Shown: positions 34,058-43,872, numbered from the stretch's first letter. The stretch: DNA of 45,341 bases from an uncultured Bacilli bacterium (GCA_947581715.1 CANPVK010000002.1:1-45341), one strand, 5' to 3'. The notes: generated by a model not told the origin, from the sequence alone. Translations and numbers: made by a program.

Positions 34058-35080
34058 ATGCCAAAATTTGATAAAAAATCTTTTAATGCAGAAGCTTTCG
34101 GTAAATATATGGAAACAGTTCCAAGAGAAAGACTAAATGCATTAATCAAAGCTAATATTTTTAGAACTGACGAAAACATTAATAATACATTCAGTTCACA
34201 AACTGGAACTGCTTATGCAACAATTCCTATGTATGGAAGATTAAAAGGAAAACCAGTCAATTATGATGGCCAAACTAAGTATGATGATGCTAAAAAACTA
34301 AACACTTACGAAAGAGGTGTAGTAGTAATTGGTAGAAAGGATAAATTTAGTGAAGATGACTTTTCTTACGATGTTACTGGCGGTGTAGATTTCATGAGCC
34401 AAGTAGGAACTCAATTAGGAGACTATTGGGATACTGCTAATGAAGATACTTTAATTTCTATTATTAAAGGTTTATTTGCATCAACTGGAACAGGTGGACA
34501 AGAATTTGCTAAAAACCATGCTTTTGAAATTCAAGATGGTGAATTATCTACTACTACTTTAAATACTGCTATTCAAAAAGCTTGTGGAGATAGAAAACAA
34601 AAATTCACCTTAGCTATTATGAATAGTGCACAAGCTAAAGATTTAGAGAATGCTAAACTATTAACATTCATGACTTATAATGATGCTAATGGATTAGAAG
34701 TTCAATTAAATTTAGCTCAATGGAACGGAAAATTAGTAATCGTTGATGATAGTATTACTTACGATGCTGAAACAGAAGATTATGTAATTTATATTCTTGG
34801 TGCTGGTATGTTCGATTATAAAGATGTAGGAGCAAAAGTTCCATACGAAATGGATCGTGATGCAGATAATGATAGAGATGTGTTATATTCTCGTGAAAGA
34901 ATCGTTATGGCACCATATGGATTCACATATCTAAAGAAAAATCAAGCTACTTTATCACCAAAAGATGAAGAGTTAGCAAATGGTGAAAACTGGGATTTAG
35001 TATCTGATGGGGATAATAATTATATTAACCATAAAGAAATTGCTATTGCTAAAATTGTTATTAAAAAAAAAGTAGTGTAG
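34058..35080 (+). CDS. Major capsid protein
   Basis: 340 aa directly after the scaffold gene. AAAGAAAGGAAG SD shared with the scaffold and tail tube genes. Size and position fit an HK97-fold MCP. Confidence 0.8.
   Translation: MPKFDKKSFNAEAFGKYMETVPRERLNALIKANIFRTDENINNTFSSQTGTAYATIPMYGRLKGKPVNYDGQTKYDDAKKLNTYERGVVVIGRKDKFSEDDFSYDVTGGVDFMSQVGTQLGDYWDTANEDTLISIIKGLFASTGTGGQEFAKNHAFEIQDGELSTTTLNTAIQKACGDRKQKFTLAIMNSAQAKDLENAKLLTFMTYNDANGLEVQLNLAQWNGKLVIVDDSITYDAETEDYVIYILGAGMFDYKDVGAKVPYEMDRDADNDRDVLYSRERIVMAPYGFTYLKKNQATLSPKDEELANGENWDLVSDGDNNYINHKEIAIAKIVIKKKVV
35063..35071 (+). promoter_or_regulatory. A9 slippery run (candidate -1 programmed frameshift site)
   Basis: In-frame AAA AAA AAA three codons before the MCP stop. 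The -1 frame opens exactly here, with its last stop at 35062-64. Confidence 0.5.
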
Positions 35081-35454
35081 TACCTGCTGATACTGTTGAA
35101 GTAAATATTCCAAGTGATGAAACTGCTGTTAGTAATAAAACAGCAAAAGACATACAAACAGGTATGCAAATACAAGGTGATAAAGTAACTGGTACATCAA
35201 ACTATGTTACTGATATAGAAAATGCTGGAGGAGAAGGAAATTATTTTGTGATAGAACTACCACAAGCAAAGACTACAGGTAATAAAGTTGTCTGCTCTTT
35301 TGATGGAGGAAGTCCAACTACTCTAAGCAAATCAGATTATCAATACCTTATAAAATTAACAAATAAGAAACCAGTTACTATTACTGTAACAGGTAAAGTT
35401 AATGCAACCAGAACACTTGATATATCTTCAATAGTATTAAGCCCAAAAGATTAA
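35071..35454 (+). CDS. -1 frame C-terminal extension of the major capsid protein (beta-rich decoration-like domain)
   Basis: The frame is open from the A-run through the annotated 35164 ORF. The ATG at 35164 lacks a convincing SD. Confidence 0.55.
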   Translation, partial: SSVVPADTVEVNIPSDETAVSNKTAKDIQTGMQIQGDKVTGTSNYVTDIENAGGEGNYFVIELPQAKTTGNKVVCSFDGGSPTTLSKSDYQYLIKLTNKKPVTITVTGKVNATRTLDISSIVLSPKD

Positions 35455-35477
35455 TAAAAAATTGAAAGGTGGTACTT

Positions 35478-35651
35478 ATGAAAATTAAAGACAAAGTAAC
35501 GAAACAAATCTTTAATGTTTATTCACAAAGCATTATTAATCAAATGCTTTTAAATCCTAAAAGATATGTAGAAATTAAGGAACAAGGAAATTCAAATCCT
35601 GTTCCTGACACTACATTAAAATTAGATGAAAACAAGGAAGAAGAAAAATAG
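35478..35651 (+). CDS. Small hypothetical head-module protein
   Basis: ATG 35478 after AAAGGTGG. Confidence 0.45.
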   Translation: MKIKDKVTKQIFNVYSQSIINQMLLNPKRYVEIKEQGNSNPVPDTTLKLDENKEEEK

Positions 35652-35662
35652 GAGGAATTCCT

Positions 35663-35968
35663 ATGGAAGATGAAAAAACATTAAAACAGCTTATAATTGA
35701 GCAGTTAAATATCAATTATGATGCTGATAAAGACAAATTCATAGATGGATTTATTGATGATTATATTCAAATTGCAAGTGATAAATCGAATAGAAAAAAA
35801 GATGACAAAAAACTGATTCCTTATGTAAAAAATGCAGTTGTGCAGGCTTATAACAGACTAGGAGATGAAGGATATGCATCATCAACAGAAGGATCACAAA
35901 GTTATACATTTATTGATATTGAAGAAAAATTAGCAAAAGATGTTAGAGATATAAGGCTATTACCATGA
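35663..35968 (+). CDS. Head-tail connector (gp6-like/DNA-packaging) protein
   Basis: ~100 aa. N-terminal LKQLIIEQLNINYDADKDKFIDGFI pattern and a position typical of this family. Confidence 0.65.
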   Translation: MEDEKTLKQLIIEQLNINYDADKDKFIDGFIDDYIQIASDKSNRKKDDKKLIPYVKNAVVQAYNRLGDEGYASSTEGSQSYTFIDIEEKLAKDVRDIRLLP

Positions 35969-36315
35969 AAATAGGAAATATGCATAAATTCTATGTTTAT
36001 AAGCGAGTACCCAAAAAAACAGATGGAGAAAGTTTAATAGAATGGCATTATAAAGACAGTTACTATTTAAATGATCAGCAAGATATTGATGAATTAGATA
36101 AAAATGTATCAGGAATAGTAGATTTTGACACTTTAAAGCTTAGAATCAGGAAAGATGTTAATATCGAAAAAACTGATGGAATTTCTTCAATAGAATTAAG
36201 TGTAGATAAAAATAATGTTGTTATCAATGATGAAAAACCTCAATATACTGTGGAAACAACAAGTATTATAGGTAGGTCTCATCTTATTACTTGTAAAACT
36301 TATAATGGTGAATAA
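35965..36315 (+). CDS. Head-closure/head-tail adaptor protein
   Basis: Position and size (116 aa). ATGA overlap. Confidence 0.5.
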   Translation: MKIGNMHKFYVYKRVPKKTDGESLIEWHYKDSYYLNDQQDIDELDKNVSGIVDFDTLKLRIRKDVNIEKTDGISSIELSVDKNNVVINDEKPQYTVETTSIIGRSHLITCKTYNGE

Positions 36316-36843
36316 ATGTTATCTGCAACCATAAAAAGAAAAAATAATTATAATCGTATTTTAAAAAGAATTGAAGATGCTGTTCCTGTTGCCTTAAATG
36401 AAGTAATGAAATATGGACAAAATATTGCATTACAGAAAAAAAGAGGTTCTAAAGAAGCAAATTTAATTCCGTTTGAAATATCGGTTGAAGGAAAGACTTT
36501 TACAGGAAAGCTACACACTAATTTTGCATTTGCTATGTTTCTAGAATATGGAACTGGGACATTTGCAGAATTGCCACATATAGGAAAGACTAGGCTTTTT
36601 AAATTTAGTAATTTTTATTGTTGGTATGCTCCTGCAGATGCCATTAAAAGGCAATACAGTGATGAACAGTTTATTGATATAAATGGTCAAATGTTTAGTA
36701 TGAATGCATATATGAATGGCAAAAAATATGTGATGGTTTTTTCTTCACAGCCATATCCATTTATGAGACCGGCGGCTTTTGAACTAGAAGAAAAAGCAGT
36801 AAAAATATTTGCTAATAAATTAAAAGAACAATTAAGGAAGTGA
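36316..36843 (+). CDS. HK97 gp10-family tail-component protein
   Basis: FLEYGTG motif characteristic of the gp10 family, plus position. Confidence 0.7.
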   Translation: MLSATIKRKNNYNRILKRIEDAVPVALNEVMKYGQNIALQKKRGSKEANLIPFEISVEGKTFTGKLHTNFAFAMFLEYGTGTFAELPHIGKTRLFKFSNFYCWYAPADAIKRQYSDEQFIDINGQMFSMNAYMNGKKYVMVFSSQPYPFMRPAAFELEEKAVKIFANKLKEQLRK

Positions 36844-37226
36844 TTACAATGCATGAATTGGATGAAGAAACATTTACTAGATATGTAGTTAACCAAATAG
36901 AAGGAAATGTAACTTTACATAACCCTGATAATAGGGAAACATTCCCAGTATCAGTAGTTAGTAATGTTATGCAATCTATCAGAAAAACAGAAGATGGTAC
37001 TCCTGTATATTCTAGATTTTCTGTAACAATTGAGCATTGGAATAATTCCAAATATGAATCCATGAAAAAATTTCATGAAACAAAGTTATTGTTAAGAAAA
37101 ATTAATTTTACTCCAGTAGGTTCTCCTATTGATGTTTATGATGAAATTACTAAAAAGCATCGATACGGTTCACGTTACGAAGTAAATTATAATGGATTAA
37201 CAAACTCATTTGAAAGAATTATGTAA
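36840..37226 (+). CDS. Tail completion/tail terminator-like protein
   Basis: Position immediately upstream of the major tail gene. GTGA overlap. Confidence 0.45.
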   Translation: MITMHELDEETFTRYVVNQIEGNVTLHNPDNRETFPVSVVSNVMQSIRKTEDGTPVYSRFSVTIEHWNNSKYESMKKFHETKLLLRKINFTPVGSPIDVYDEITKKHRYGSRYEVNYNGLTNSFERIM

Positions 37227-37248
37227 GACATAGAAATATGTCTTTTTA
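37225..37248 (+). terminator. Intrinsic terminator
   Basis: AAGACATA-GAAA-TATGTCTT followed by TTTATT. Confidence 0.7.
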
Positions 37249-37275
37249 TTATGAAAAAGAAAGGAATGATAAAAT

Positions 37276-37731
37276 ATGGAAAATGGCAATACGCCAAAAG
37301 TAAGTACTTTAAGTACTTTATGGTATTCAGAAACAAAAACTGGAGAAAGAACTCAAATTGCATATGTTCAAGAAATCCCACCTTTAAAAAGTGCAAAAGA
37401 AGCAATCACTTATAATGCACTTGATCTAGAAGAAGAACAGCAAGCTAAAGGTAGTAGAAAGGCAGAAGTTTTAACTATACCTATATTGTTTACTGAAAAG
37501 CAACACGATAAATTAAAAGAATTATCAGACAGTGATAAAGAATATTACTGGTTTATTAAATTACCAGAATCAACAGCATCAACATCAGGCAAACCTCTTG
37601 TATTTTATTTTACAGGAGCATGTGATATGGGATTAGATACTATTGCAATTGATGACATGTTGAAAGAAAACTTAACTATTTATAGAAGTAGTAAAGTTGA
37701 AGAGGCAAAAGGATTCCCTACCGATGAGTAG
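37276..37731 (+). CDS. Major tail (tube) protein
   Basis: Position upstream of the chaperone/TMP genes. 151 aa. Strong SD. Flanked by terminators. Confidence 0.65.
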   Translation: MENGNTPKVSTLSTLWYSETKTGERTQIAYVQEIPPLKSAKEAITYNALDLEEEQQAKGSRKAEVLTIPILFTEKQHDKLKELSDSDKEYYWFIKLPESTASTSGKPLVFYFTGACDMGLDTIAIDDMLKENLTIYRSSKVEEAKGFPTDE

Positions 37732-37745
37732 GGTTTCTTTTTTTA
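37716..37745 (+). terminator. Intrinsic terminator after the major tail gene
   Basis: CCCTAC-(6 nt)-GTAGGG followed by TTTCTTTTTTTT. Confidence 0.7.
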
Positions 37746-37763
37746 TAAAAAGGAGAAATAAAT

Positions 37764-38216
37764 ATGACAATTTTAAAAACAGAAGATAAAGAATTTAAAT
37801 TAATTCCTCGAACTAGAAAAGTAGTTGAATTAACAGAAAAGTTAAAAGCCAAAAATTTAAATGATTTGATTTTTACAGCTTTAAACGAAACAAATATCAA
37901 AATTTTAGCAGAGATTATTAAATCATTTGCCGAAGATGAAAATGGAAAATCAGTTTTCTCTTCTTTAGACAAAGTATATGACTTTATTGATTCTTGGAAA
38001 GAAGAAAACGAAAAGAATTATACAGACTTATTTTCAGAAGTTATAGAGGTGGTAAATGAAATGGGTTTTTTCAAGAAGAAGATGACCAAAGAGGAATTGG
38101 AATCATCAATCAAAAATCCAGTACCTACTTTAGATATTCAAGAATTGATGAAAAATTCAGCACAGAAAGCAATGGACGAAATAGCTCAAGAGGAATTCAG
38201 GGGGTACAAAGGTTAG
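37764..38216 (+). CDS. Tail assembly chaperone (gpG-like)
   Basis: Position directly upstream of the TMP gene. Acidic ~150 aa. Contains a slippery heptamer. Confidence 0.65.
   Translation: MTILKTEDKEFKLIPRTRKVVELTEKLKAKNLNDLIFTALNETNIKILAEIIKSFAEDENGKSVFSSLDKVYDFIDSWKEENEKNYTDLFSEVIEVVNEMGFFKKKMTKEELESSIKNPVPTLDIQELMKNSAQKAMDEIAQEEFRGYKG
38063..38069 (+). promoter_or_regulatory. Canonical -1 slippery heptamer G GGT TTT
   Basis: X XXY YYZ in the 0 frame of the chaperone gene. The -1 frame stop TGA at 38057-59 lies one codon upstream, and that frame then stays open to 38545. Confidence 0.55.
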
Positions 38217-38545
38217 ACTTTAAAGACTTAATTTATGAAATAGAACCCTATTGCTATCAATATGGAATGAAACCTCATGAATTTTGGAATTGCACATATA
38301 AAGAAGCTTCTGAATATGTGAAAGCCAACTCTTTGCAAAGGGAAAAAGATTTAAAACAAGAAATTGTTCTATTTGATGCATTAGGGGAAAAGATCATAAA
38401 TGCAATTTTTACTTTTACTAGAAAAAAGCCTAAAAATATTAGTTTAGTTCATGAAACATTTAAAGAGTTATTTAAAAAAGAACTAGAAAAAGATGGGCCT
38501 CAATCCATTGAAGAACAAATTAGAAATTTAAGAAGTCGTGAGTGA
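38069..38545 (+). CDS. -1 frame portion of the tail chaperone fusion (gpGT-like)
   Basis: 69 stop-free codons lie upstream of the annotated ATG 38267. The downstream part contains an MKPHEFWNCTYKEA motif typical of Gp15/T-like chaperones. Confidence 0.6.
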   Translation, partial: FQEEDDQRGIGIINQKSSTYFRYSRIDEKFSTESNGRNSSRGIQGVQRLDFKDLIYEIEPYCYQYGMKPHEFWNCTYKEASEYVKANSLQREKDLKQEIVLFDALGEKIINAIFTFTRKKPKNISLVHETFKELFKKELEKDGPQSIEEQIRNLRSRE

Positions 38546-38558
38546 AAGGAGGTAAATC

Positions 38559-41063
38559 ATGGATAATAGTCAAATCATTGAAGAAATAGACATCATTATT
38601 AGAGCCAAAATGGAAGAAGCTAGAAAAGATATCAGAAATATTGCCAAAGAAACTAAAAAAATGACTGATTCTGTTTCTAATGATATAAAAAAGTTAAATA
38701 AAGATGGACAATTGAGCGATTTTAAACAAGAATTAAAAAATTGCCAAGAAGAATTGAGAAAAGTAAAAGTAAATGATGGAAACTGGAATATTTCATATCA
38801 TATCGGAGCTGATACCACTGAATTTGATAAAAAAATGGAAGAAGCAAAGAAAAAATACGAAAAAGATTTTGCAGAAACCAAATTAGTGCAAGCCAGTATT
38901 CCTTCATCACAAACCGTTGAGCCATCAGCACCAAGCATGAGTCCATTAGAAGAAAATTTACAAAATTTTGATTATTTACCAATAGGTGAAGAATTAAAGA
39001 CTATCGGAATGCAAATAGCACAACTAATGCCACAACTTAAAGCATTTGGTGATGAAGCTAAGAAGATATTTACAGAGCAAGATAGATTAATTCCACAAAT
39101 CATACAAAAATTCAAAGAATTTGGCATTGGTATTTCTTATATAAAAGATCAAGTTTCTCAATCTTTTAATCCTTTAAAAACAAAATTGGGAGAATTAAAA
39201 GAAAAATTTTCTCCTATCATTATGATTTTTTCTAATATAAAAAAAGTAGCTAAAAATAGTATTACCCAAATATCTTCAAATTTTAAAGAATTAGCAAATT
39301 CTACTAATAATCCCATTGGAAAAATCAATTCTTTAATAAAAAGGATAAAGGATACTGGAGATGAAGCAGACAAAACCAAGAAAAAAGGAAAGACTTTTGG
39401 TACAGACTTTGGAAAAAGCTTAGAAAAAGGAATTAGTTCTATAAAAAAATTTGCTTTATCTCTATTAAGTGTTCGTAGTGCTTTTAGTCTTGTTAGTAAA
39501 GCTGCACAATCATACTTGAGTTTTGATACTTCACTAAATGATTCGTTACAGAATAGTTGGAATACACTAGGTAGTTTACTAGCTCCAGTTTTAGAATATG
39601 TAGTAGGACTTTTTAGTAAATTAACTAGTGCAGTGGCTCTATTAGTAAAATCTTTAACAGGAATTGATTTAGTAGCTAAAGCTAATGCGAAATCACTGGA
39701 TAAGCAAAGTAAGTCAGCAAAAAATGCAAGTCAATCTTTAAGTGGCATAGATGACATTGATACTCTTTCTACTGGTTCTGGCAGTGGTTCTGAAAATACC
39801 CCAGCGATTACAACAGAAGATATTGATATTTCGCCATTAGAAGCATTTGCTAATCGAGTAAGAGAAATATTTTCGACTCTTTTTGAACCATTCAGAGAAG
39901 CCTGGGAAAGTGTAGGTACTGATGTATTTGATAGCATGATGAATATGTTTAACAGCTTAGGAGAATTATGCTCTACTGTTTTTTCAAGTTTTGTTGAAGT
40001 ATGGACTAATGGAACTGGCATTGAAATAATAACAAATGCTCTTTTAAGCTGGCAACAGTTATTTGATATCGTTGATGCAGTAGCTAGTGCTATCAAAAGA
40101 GCATGGGACAATAACAATAGCGGTACGCAAATCATTCAGCATATAGCAGACATCTTTAAAGACATTCAAAAGTTTGCTTTGGATATTGGAAACAGTCTTT
40201 TAAAATGGGTAGTTAGCGAAGATTTCCAAGTGGCTTTAGAGAAAGTCTTTGGATTCATTAATGATTTAGTTGGATATGTTCATGATTTTGCAGATTGGTT
40301 ATTAACGATGTATGAAGCTTACTTGAAACCAGTAATTGATGATAAATTATTGCCTGCAATTTCGGATATAGTTAATGCTGTAGGGGATGTGTGGAATGCA
40401 GTAAAACCAGTTATAGATTTTGTAATTCAATATATTGGTGCAATATTAGAGCCAGTTATTCAAGGATTATGTGACCATATAGGCGGAATCATTGATGTAA
40501 TTCGTGGTATAGCGCAATTTATCAGTGGTGTATTTACTGGTGATTGGAAAAAGGCATGGGAAGGAATTAAAACTACGTTTAGTGGAATCTGGAATTCGTT
40601 GTCATCACTAATAACAACACCAATTAATATGATCTTGTCTGGCATAGAATTTTTAATAAATAAAATCATATCAGGATTTAATTCATTGAAAAAATCTCTT
40701 AACAAAATTTCTTTTGATATCCCTGATTGGATTCCTGTTATCGGTGGAAAAAAATGGGGATTTAATTTAAAATTATCAGATGAAATTACACTTCCAAGAC
40801 TAAAAAGTGGTCAAGTTGCTTATGAAGAACAAGAAGTAATTATTGGTGAATATGCAAATGCTAGAACTAATCCAGAAATAGTATCTCCAATTTCAATGAT
40901 GGCTGATACATTTAGAAATGTATTAAGAGAATTTGATTTTGGTGGAACTAGAATAGATACACTTAAGATAGATGTTGCAGGAGATAATTTCTACGATGGA
41001 GCAATTGATTATATTAACGAAAAGAGCATTAGAAAAGGTGTATCTGTAATTAAAGAGGTGTAA
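38559..41063 (+). CDS. Tape measure protein
   Basis: 834 aa, largest tail gene. N-terminal coiled coil, central hydrophobic segments, follows the G/GT pair. Confidence 0.9.
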   Translation: MDNSQIIEEIDIIIRAKMEEARKDIRNIAKETKKMTDSVSNDIKKLNKDGQLSDFKQELKNCQEELRKVKVNDGNWNISYHIGADTTEFDKKMEEAKKKYEKDFAETKLVQASIPSSQTVEPSAPSMSPLEENLQNFDYLPIGEELKTIGMQIAQLMPQLKAFGDEAKKIFTEQDRLIPQIIQKFKEFGIGISYIKDQVSQSFNPLKTKLGELKEKFSPIIMIFSNIKKVAKNSITQISSNFKELANSTNNPIGKINSLIKRIKDTGDEADKTKKKGKTFGTDFGKSLEKGISSIKKFALSLLSVRSAFSLVSKAAQSYLSFDTSLNDSLQNSWNTLGSLLAPVLEYVVGLFSKLTSAVALLVKSLTGIDLVAKANAKSLDKQSKSAKNASQSLSGIDDIDTLSTGSGSGSENTPAITTEDIDISPLEAFANRVREIFSTLFEPFREAWESVGTDVFDSMMNMFNSLGELCSTVFSSFVEVWTNGTGIEIITNALLSWQQLFDIVDAVASAIKRAWDNNNSGTQIIQHIADIFKDIQKFALDIGNSLLKWVVSEDFQVALEKVFGFINDLVGYVHDFADWLLTMYEAYLKPVIDDKLLPAISDIVNAVGDVWNAVKPVIDFVIQYIGAILEPVIQGLCDHIGGIIDVIRGIAQFISGVFTGDWKKAWEGIKTTFSGIWNSLSSLITTPINMILSGIEFLINKIISGFNSLKKSLNKISFDIPDWIPVIGGKKWGFNLKLSDEITLPRLKSGQVAYEEQEVIIGEYANARTNPEIVSPISMMADTFRNVLREFDFGGTRIDTLKIDVAGDNFYDGAIDYINEKSIRKGVSVIKEV

Positions 41064-41065
41064 AT

Positions 41066-41452
41066 ATGGTATGGAAATTTAATGGGGAGACGCAAAAGTC
41101 TCCTTCTTCTTTTAAATTAAATATAGATGACATTGATGTTGATAGTTATCGTTCAACTTCAAATGCTTCTTTAATAGATAAAACATTAGCAAAAGGGATG
41201 GTTAAAGTCTCATTTTCTTTTGACTATTTAACGGAAGAAGAAGCAGAACAATTGATGGCTTTAACATGGATAAATCCTATGCCACTTGAAATTAAATGTC
41301 CTATATTAGGTGGGAAAATATTAAAAGGAAATTTTAGATGCGCAAAAAGAAGCTGTGACATGATTTCAACAGATGAAGAAGAACAGAGCGAAAAAACTCG
41401 TTGGAAAGTATCATTCACTTGTTCTCAAAAAGAAAAGGTGAGTGGTCAGTAA
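41066..41452 (+). CDS. Small tail component (Dit-position protein)
   Basis: Sits immediately after the TMP gene. At 128 aa it is short for a canonical Dit. Confidence 0.4.
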   Translation: MVWKFNGETQKSPSSFKLNIDDIDVDSYRSTSNASLIDKTLAKGMVKVSFSFDYLTEEEAEQLMALTWINPMPLEIKCPILGGKILKGNFRCAKRSCDMISTDEEEQSEKTRWKVSFTCSQKEKVSGQ

Positions 41453-43872
41453 TGGCATATGCTACAAGTAATAAATATAAGCAATTTATTTATGACGAAG
41501 ATAGTAAACAATCAATTGAAATTATTATTAATGGAAATATTGTTGATAGTTCTTATATTCGCTCTTTTAAACTAACTGATGAAATCTTCGAAGAAGAAAT
41601 ATTTTCATTAGGGAGTGCAATTACTAGTAAAGTAATATTGGAGTTAAATAACGAAGTATTTAATGATATTACTAGCAATTTTGATGCTATGACATTTGTT
41701 TTTAAATTAGAAACAGATTCTGGGATTGAAGTTGTACCAATGGGAAGATATATTATTAAAGAAAAAGATGAAAGTTCTAGTTATTTTACGAAATTTACTT
41801 TATACGACTATATGGATAAATTTGACGTTGTATTTGATGCTAGTGAAATTGTTCCATGTACTCGCTATGAATTATTACAGGCAATTTGTGAATATTGTGG
41901 TGTTGAATTAGAAAATAAATCTATTTTGAATGGTGATGTTGAAGTAGGAGTCTATGATAATACAATAACTGCTAAAACTTATTTGTCTTTGATTAGTGAG
42001 AGAGCAGGTGGTTTTGCCAAAATTAATCGTAATAATAAATTGGTAATAAAAACATTATCAGATGTAGATACAGTTGAATTACCAGATTATAAAGTTGGAG
42101 ATTATACGACAAATGAATTAAAAACCGTTACCAGAATTGTATATGAAAATGCAACCCAAAAATTTGAATCTGGAACAGAAGACGGAGTGACTATCTATTT
42201 ATCACAAGATAGTCCTTTTTCATGTTCACAACAAGAAGTAGATAATATTTTACAAAAATTAAAAGGACTTCAATATCAAACTTTAGATGTTCGTGTTTGG
42301 GGAGATCCATCAATAGATACAGGAGATATTATTACTTTTGATAACATTAAATCATTTGCACAAAAAGATTGGTCTTTTGGAAATGGATTTTATGGAAGCT
42401 ATAAAACAATACTTAATGATAGTAAATCAACATTAAATGTCAGTAAATTATCAGGTAACACAAAAAGGAAAAGATTAGAATCTAAGATGAATGAGGTAGA
42501 AGGAACAATCTATTTATTATCGGAAGAAGTAGATGAAAGCTCTAAAAAAGTATCTCAATTTCAAATAGATTTAGAAGGGATAACAAGTTCTGTTTCAAAG
42601 ACAGAAGAATTAGTAACAGAATTAGAAAAATCAATTCAAGAATTTAGTGTAGATTTAGATATATATAATTTAATTATTCCATGTAACGAAACTAATAATC
42701 CTTTAGAAGATAAGGAATATACTATTAATCATTATTCTTATTTTCTAGGAACACAAGTAAAAGTATTGCCAACAACTACTGATAATATTGAAGGCTTAAA
42801 GATAACATTAACTGATGAAAGCATAAATATTTTAGCAGAAGCAAGTACAACAATACCAAATATAAATAATGAGCTATCATTAAGCTTTAGTTATACTGAT
42901 GAAAATGATGAGATACATTATATTTCTAAAAAATTGCAGATAACTTTATCTCAAAAAGGAGCTGATGGTCAAGATGGCGAAACTGGACCGCAGGGGCCAA
43001 AAGGAGAAGATGGAACATCTTCTTTTTTTCATGTAAGATACTCAGCAAATTCAACTGGTAATCCAATGACAGAAGTTCCTACAAGTGATACAGAATACTT
43101 AGGAGTATCAAGTACTACTAGTCCTACACCACCAACAAATTATAGTGCTTACAAATGGTCAAAGATCAAAGGAGAAAATGGTACAAATGGAACTCCTGGA
43201 AAAGCTGGAGAAGACGGACAAACTTCATACCTTCACATTAAGTATTCAGAAGATGGACAAACATTTACGCCAGCAGATGAAGATTTAGGATATGAAGAGG
43301 GAGAAAAACCTAGTGCTTGGTACGGGCAATATGTGGATTTTAATGAAGAAGATAGTACCAATTTTGAAGACTATAATTGGTATAAATTTACTGAAAATAT
43401 TGATGGGACTTTAAGTGATTTACAAAAGCAAATAGATTCTAATTCTAATGAAATGGTTGGCTTAGAAAACAACTTAAAGAGCACAAATGAAAAGTTTAAT
43501 GATTATGCACGAGAAGATTCTGTAGTAGAAAGAATTAAAAATGTTGATCAAAAAATTACAGAAAATTCTTTAAAAATATCAGCAGTAGATGAAATTTTAG
43601 AAAACGGTGTTACGAAAGTCAAAACCGAGACTGGATATACCTTTGATAAAGATGGTTTGAAAATTCAGAAAACAGGAAGTGAAATGAGTTCACTATTAGA
43701 CAATGATGGTCTTGTTGTTAAAAGAGATAATACGGAAGTATTAACGGTTAGATCATCAGGAGTTGAGACAGAGAATTTAAAAGTAAGGACTTATTTATTT
43801 GTTGGTAATAACATCCGAATAGAAGATTATGATGGTGGTACTGGATTCTTCTATGTAGGAGGTGGTAATTAA
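41452..43872 (+). CDS. Tail-associated protein (Tal / minor structural protein) with collagen-like repeats
   Basis: ATG 41452 overlaps the upstream stop (TAATG). The N-terminal ~350 aa resemble prophage-tail Tal domains. Gly-X-Y runs GADGQDGETGPQGPKGEDG and GENGTNGTPGKAGEDGQ. Confidence 0.7.
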   Translation: MAYATSNKYKQFIYDEDSKQSIEIIINGNIVDSSYIRSFKLTDEIFEEEIFSLGSAITSKVILELNNEVFNDITSNFDAMTFVFKLETDSGIEVVPMGRYIIKEKDESSSYFTKFTLYDYMDKFDVVFDASEIVPCTRYELLQAICEYCGVELENKSILNGDVEVGVYDNTITAKTYLSLISERAGGFAKINRNNKLVIKTLSDVDTVELPDYKVGDYTTNELKTVTRIVYENATQKFESGTEDGVTIYLSQDSPFSCSQQEVDNILQKLKGLQYQTLDVRVWGDPSIDTGDIITFDNIKSFAQKDWSFGNGFYGSYKTILNDSKSTLNVSKLSGNTKRKRLESKMNEVEGTIYLLSEEVDESSKKVSQFQIDLEGITSSVSKTEELVTELEKSIQEFSVDLDIYNLIIPCNETNNPLEDKEYTINHYSYFLGTQVKVLPTTTDNIEGLKITLTDESINILAEASTTIPNINNELSLSFSYTDENDEIHYISKKLQITLSQKGADGQDGETGPQGPKGEDGTSSFFHVRYSANSTGNPMTEVPTSDTEYLGVSSTTSPTPPTNYSAYKWSKIKGENGTNGTPGKAGEDGQTSYLHIKYSEDGQTFTPADEDLGYEEGEKPSAWYGQYVDFNEEDSTNFEDYNWYKFTENIDGTLSDLQKQIDSNSNEMVGLENNLKSTNEKFNDYAREDSVVERIKNVDQKITENSLKISAVDEILENGVTKVKTETGYTFDKDGLKIQKTGSEMSSLLDNDGLVVKRDNTEVLTVRSSGVETENLKVRTYLFVGNNIRIEDYDGGTGFFYVGGGN

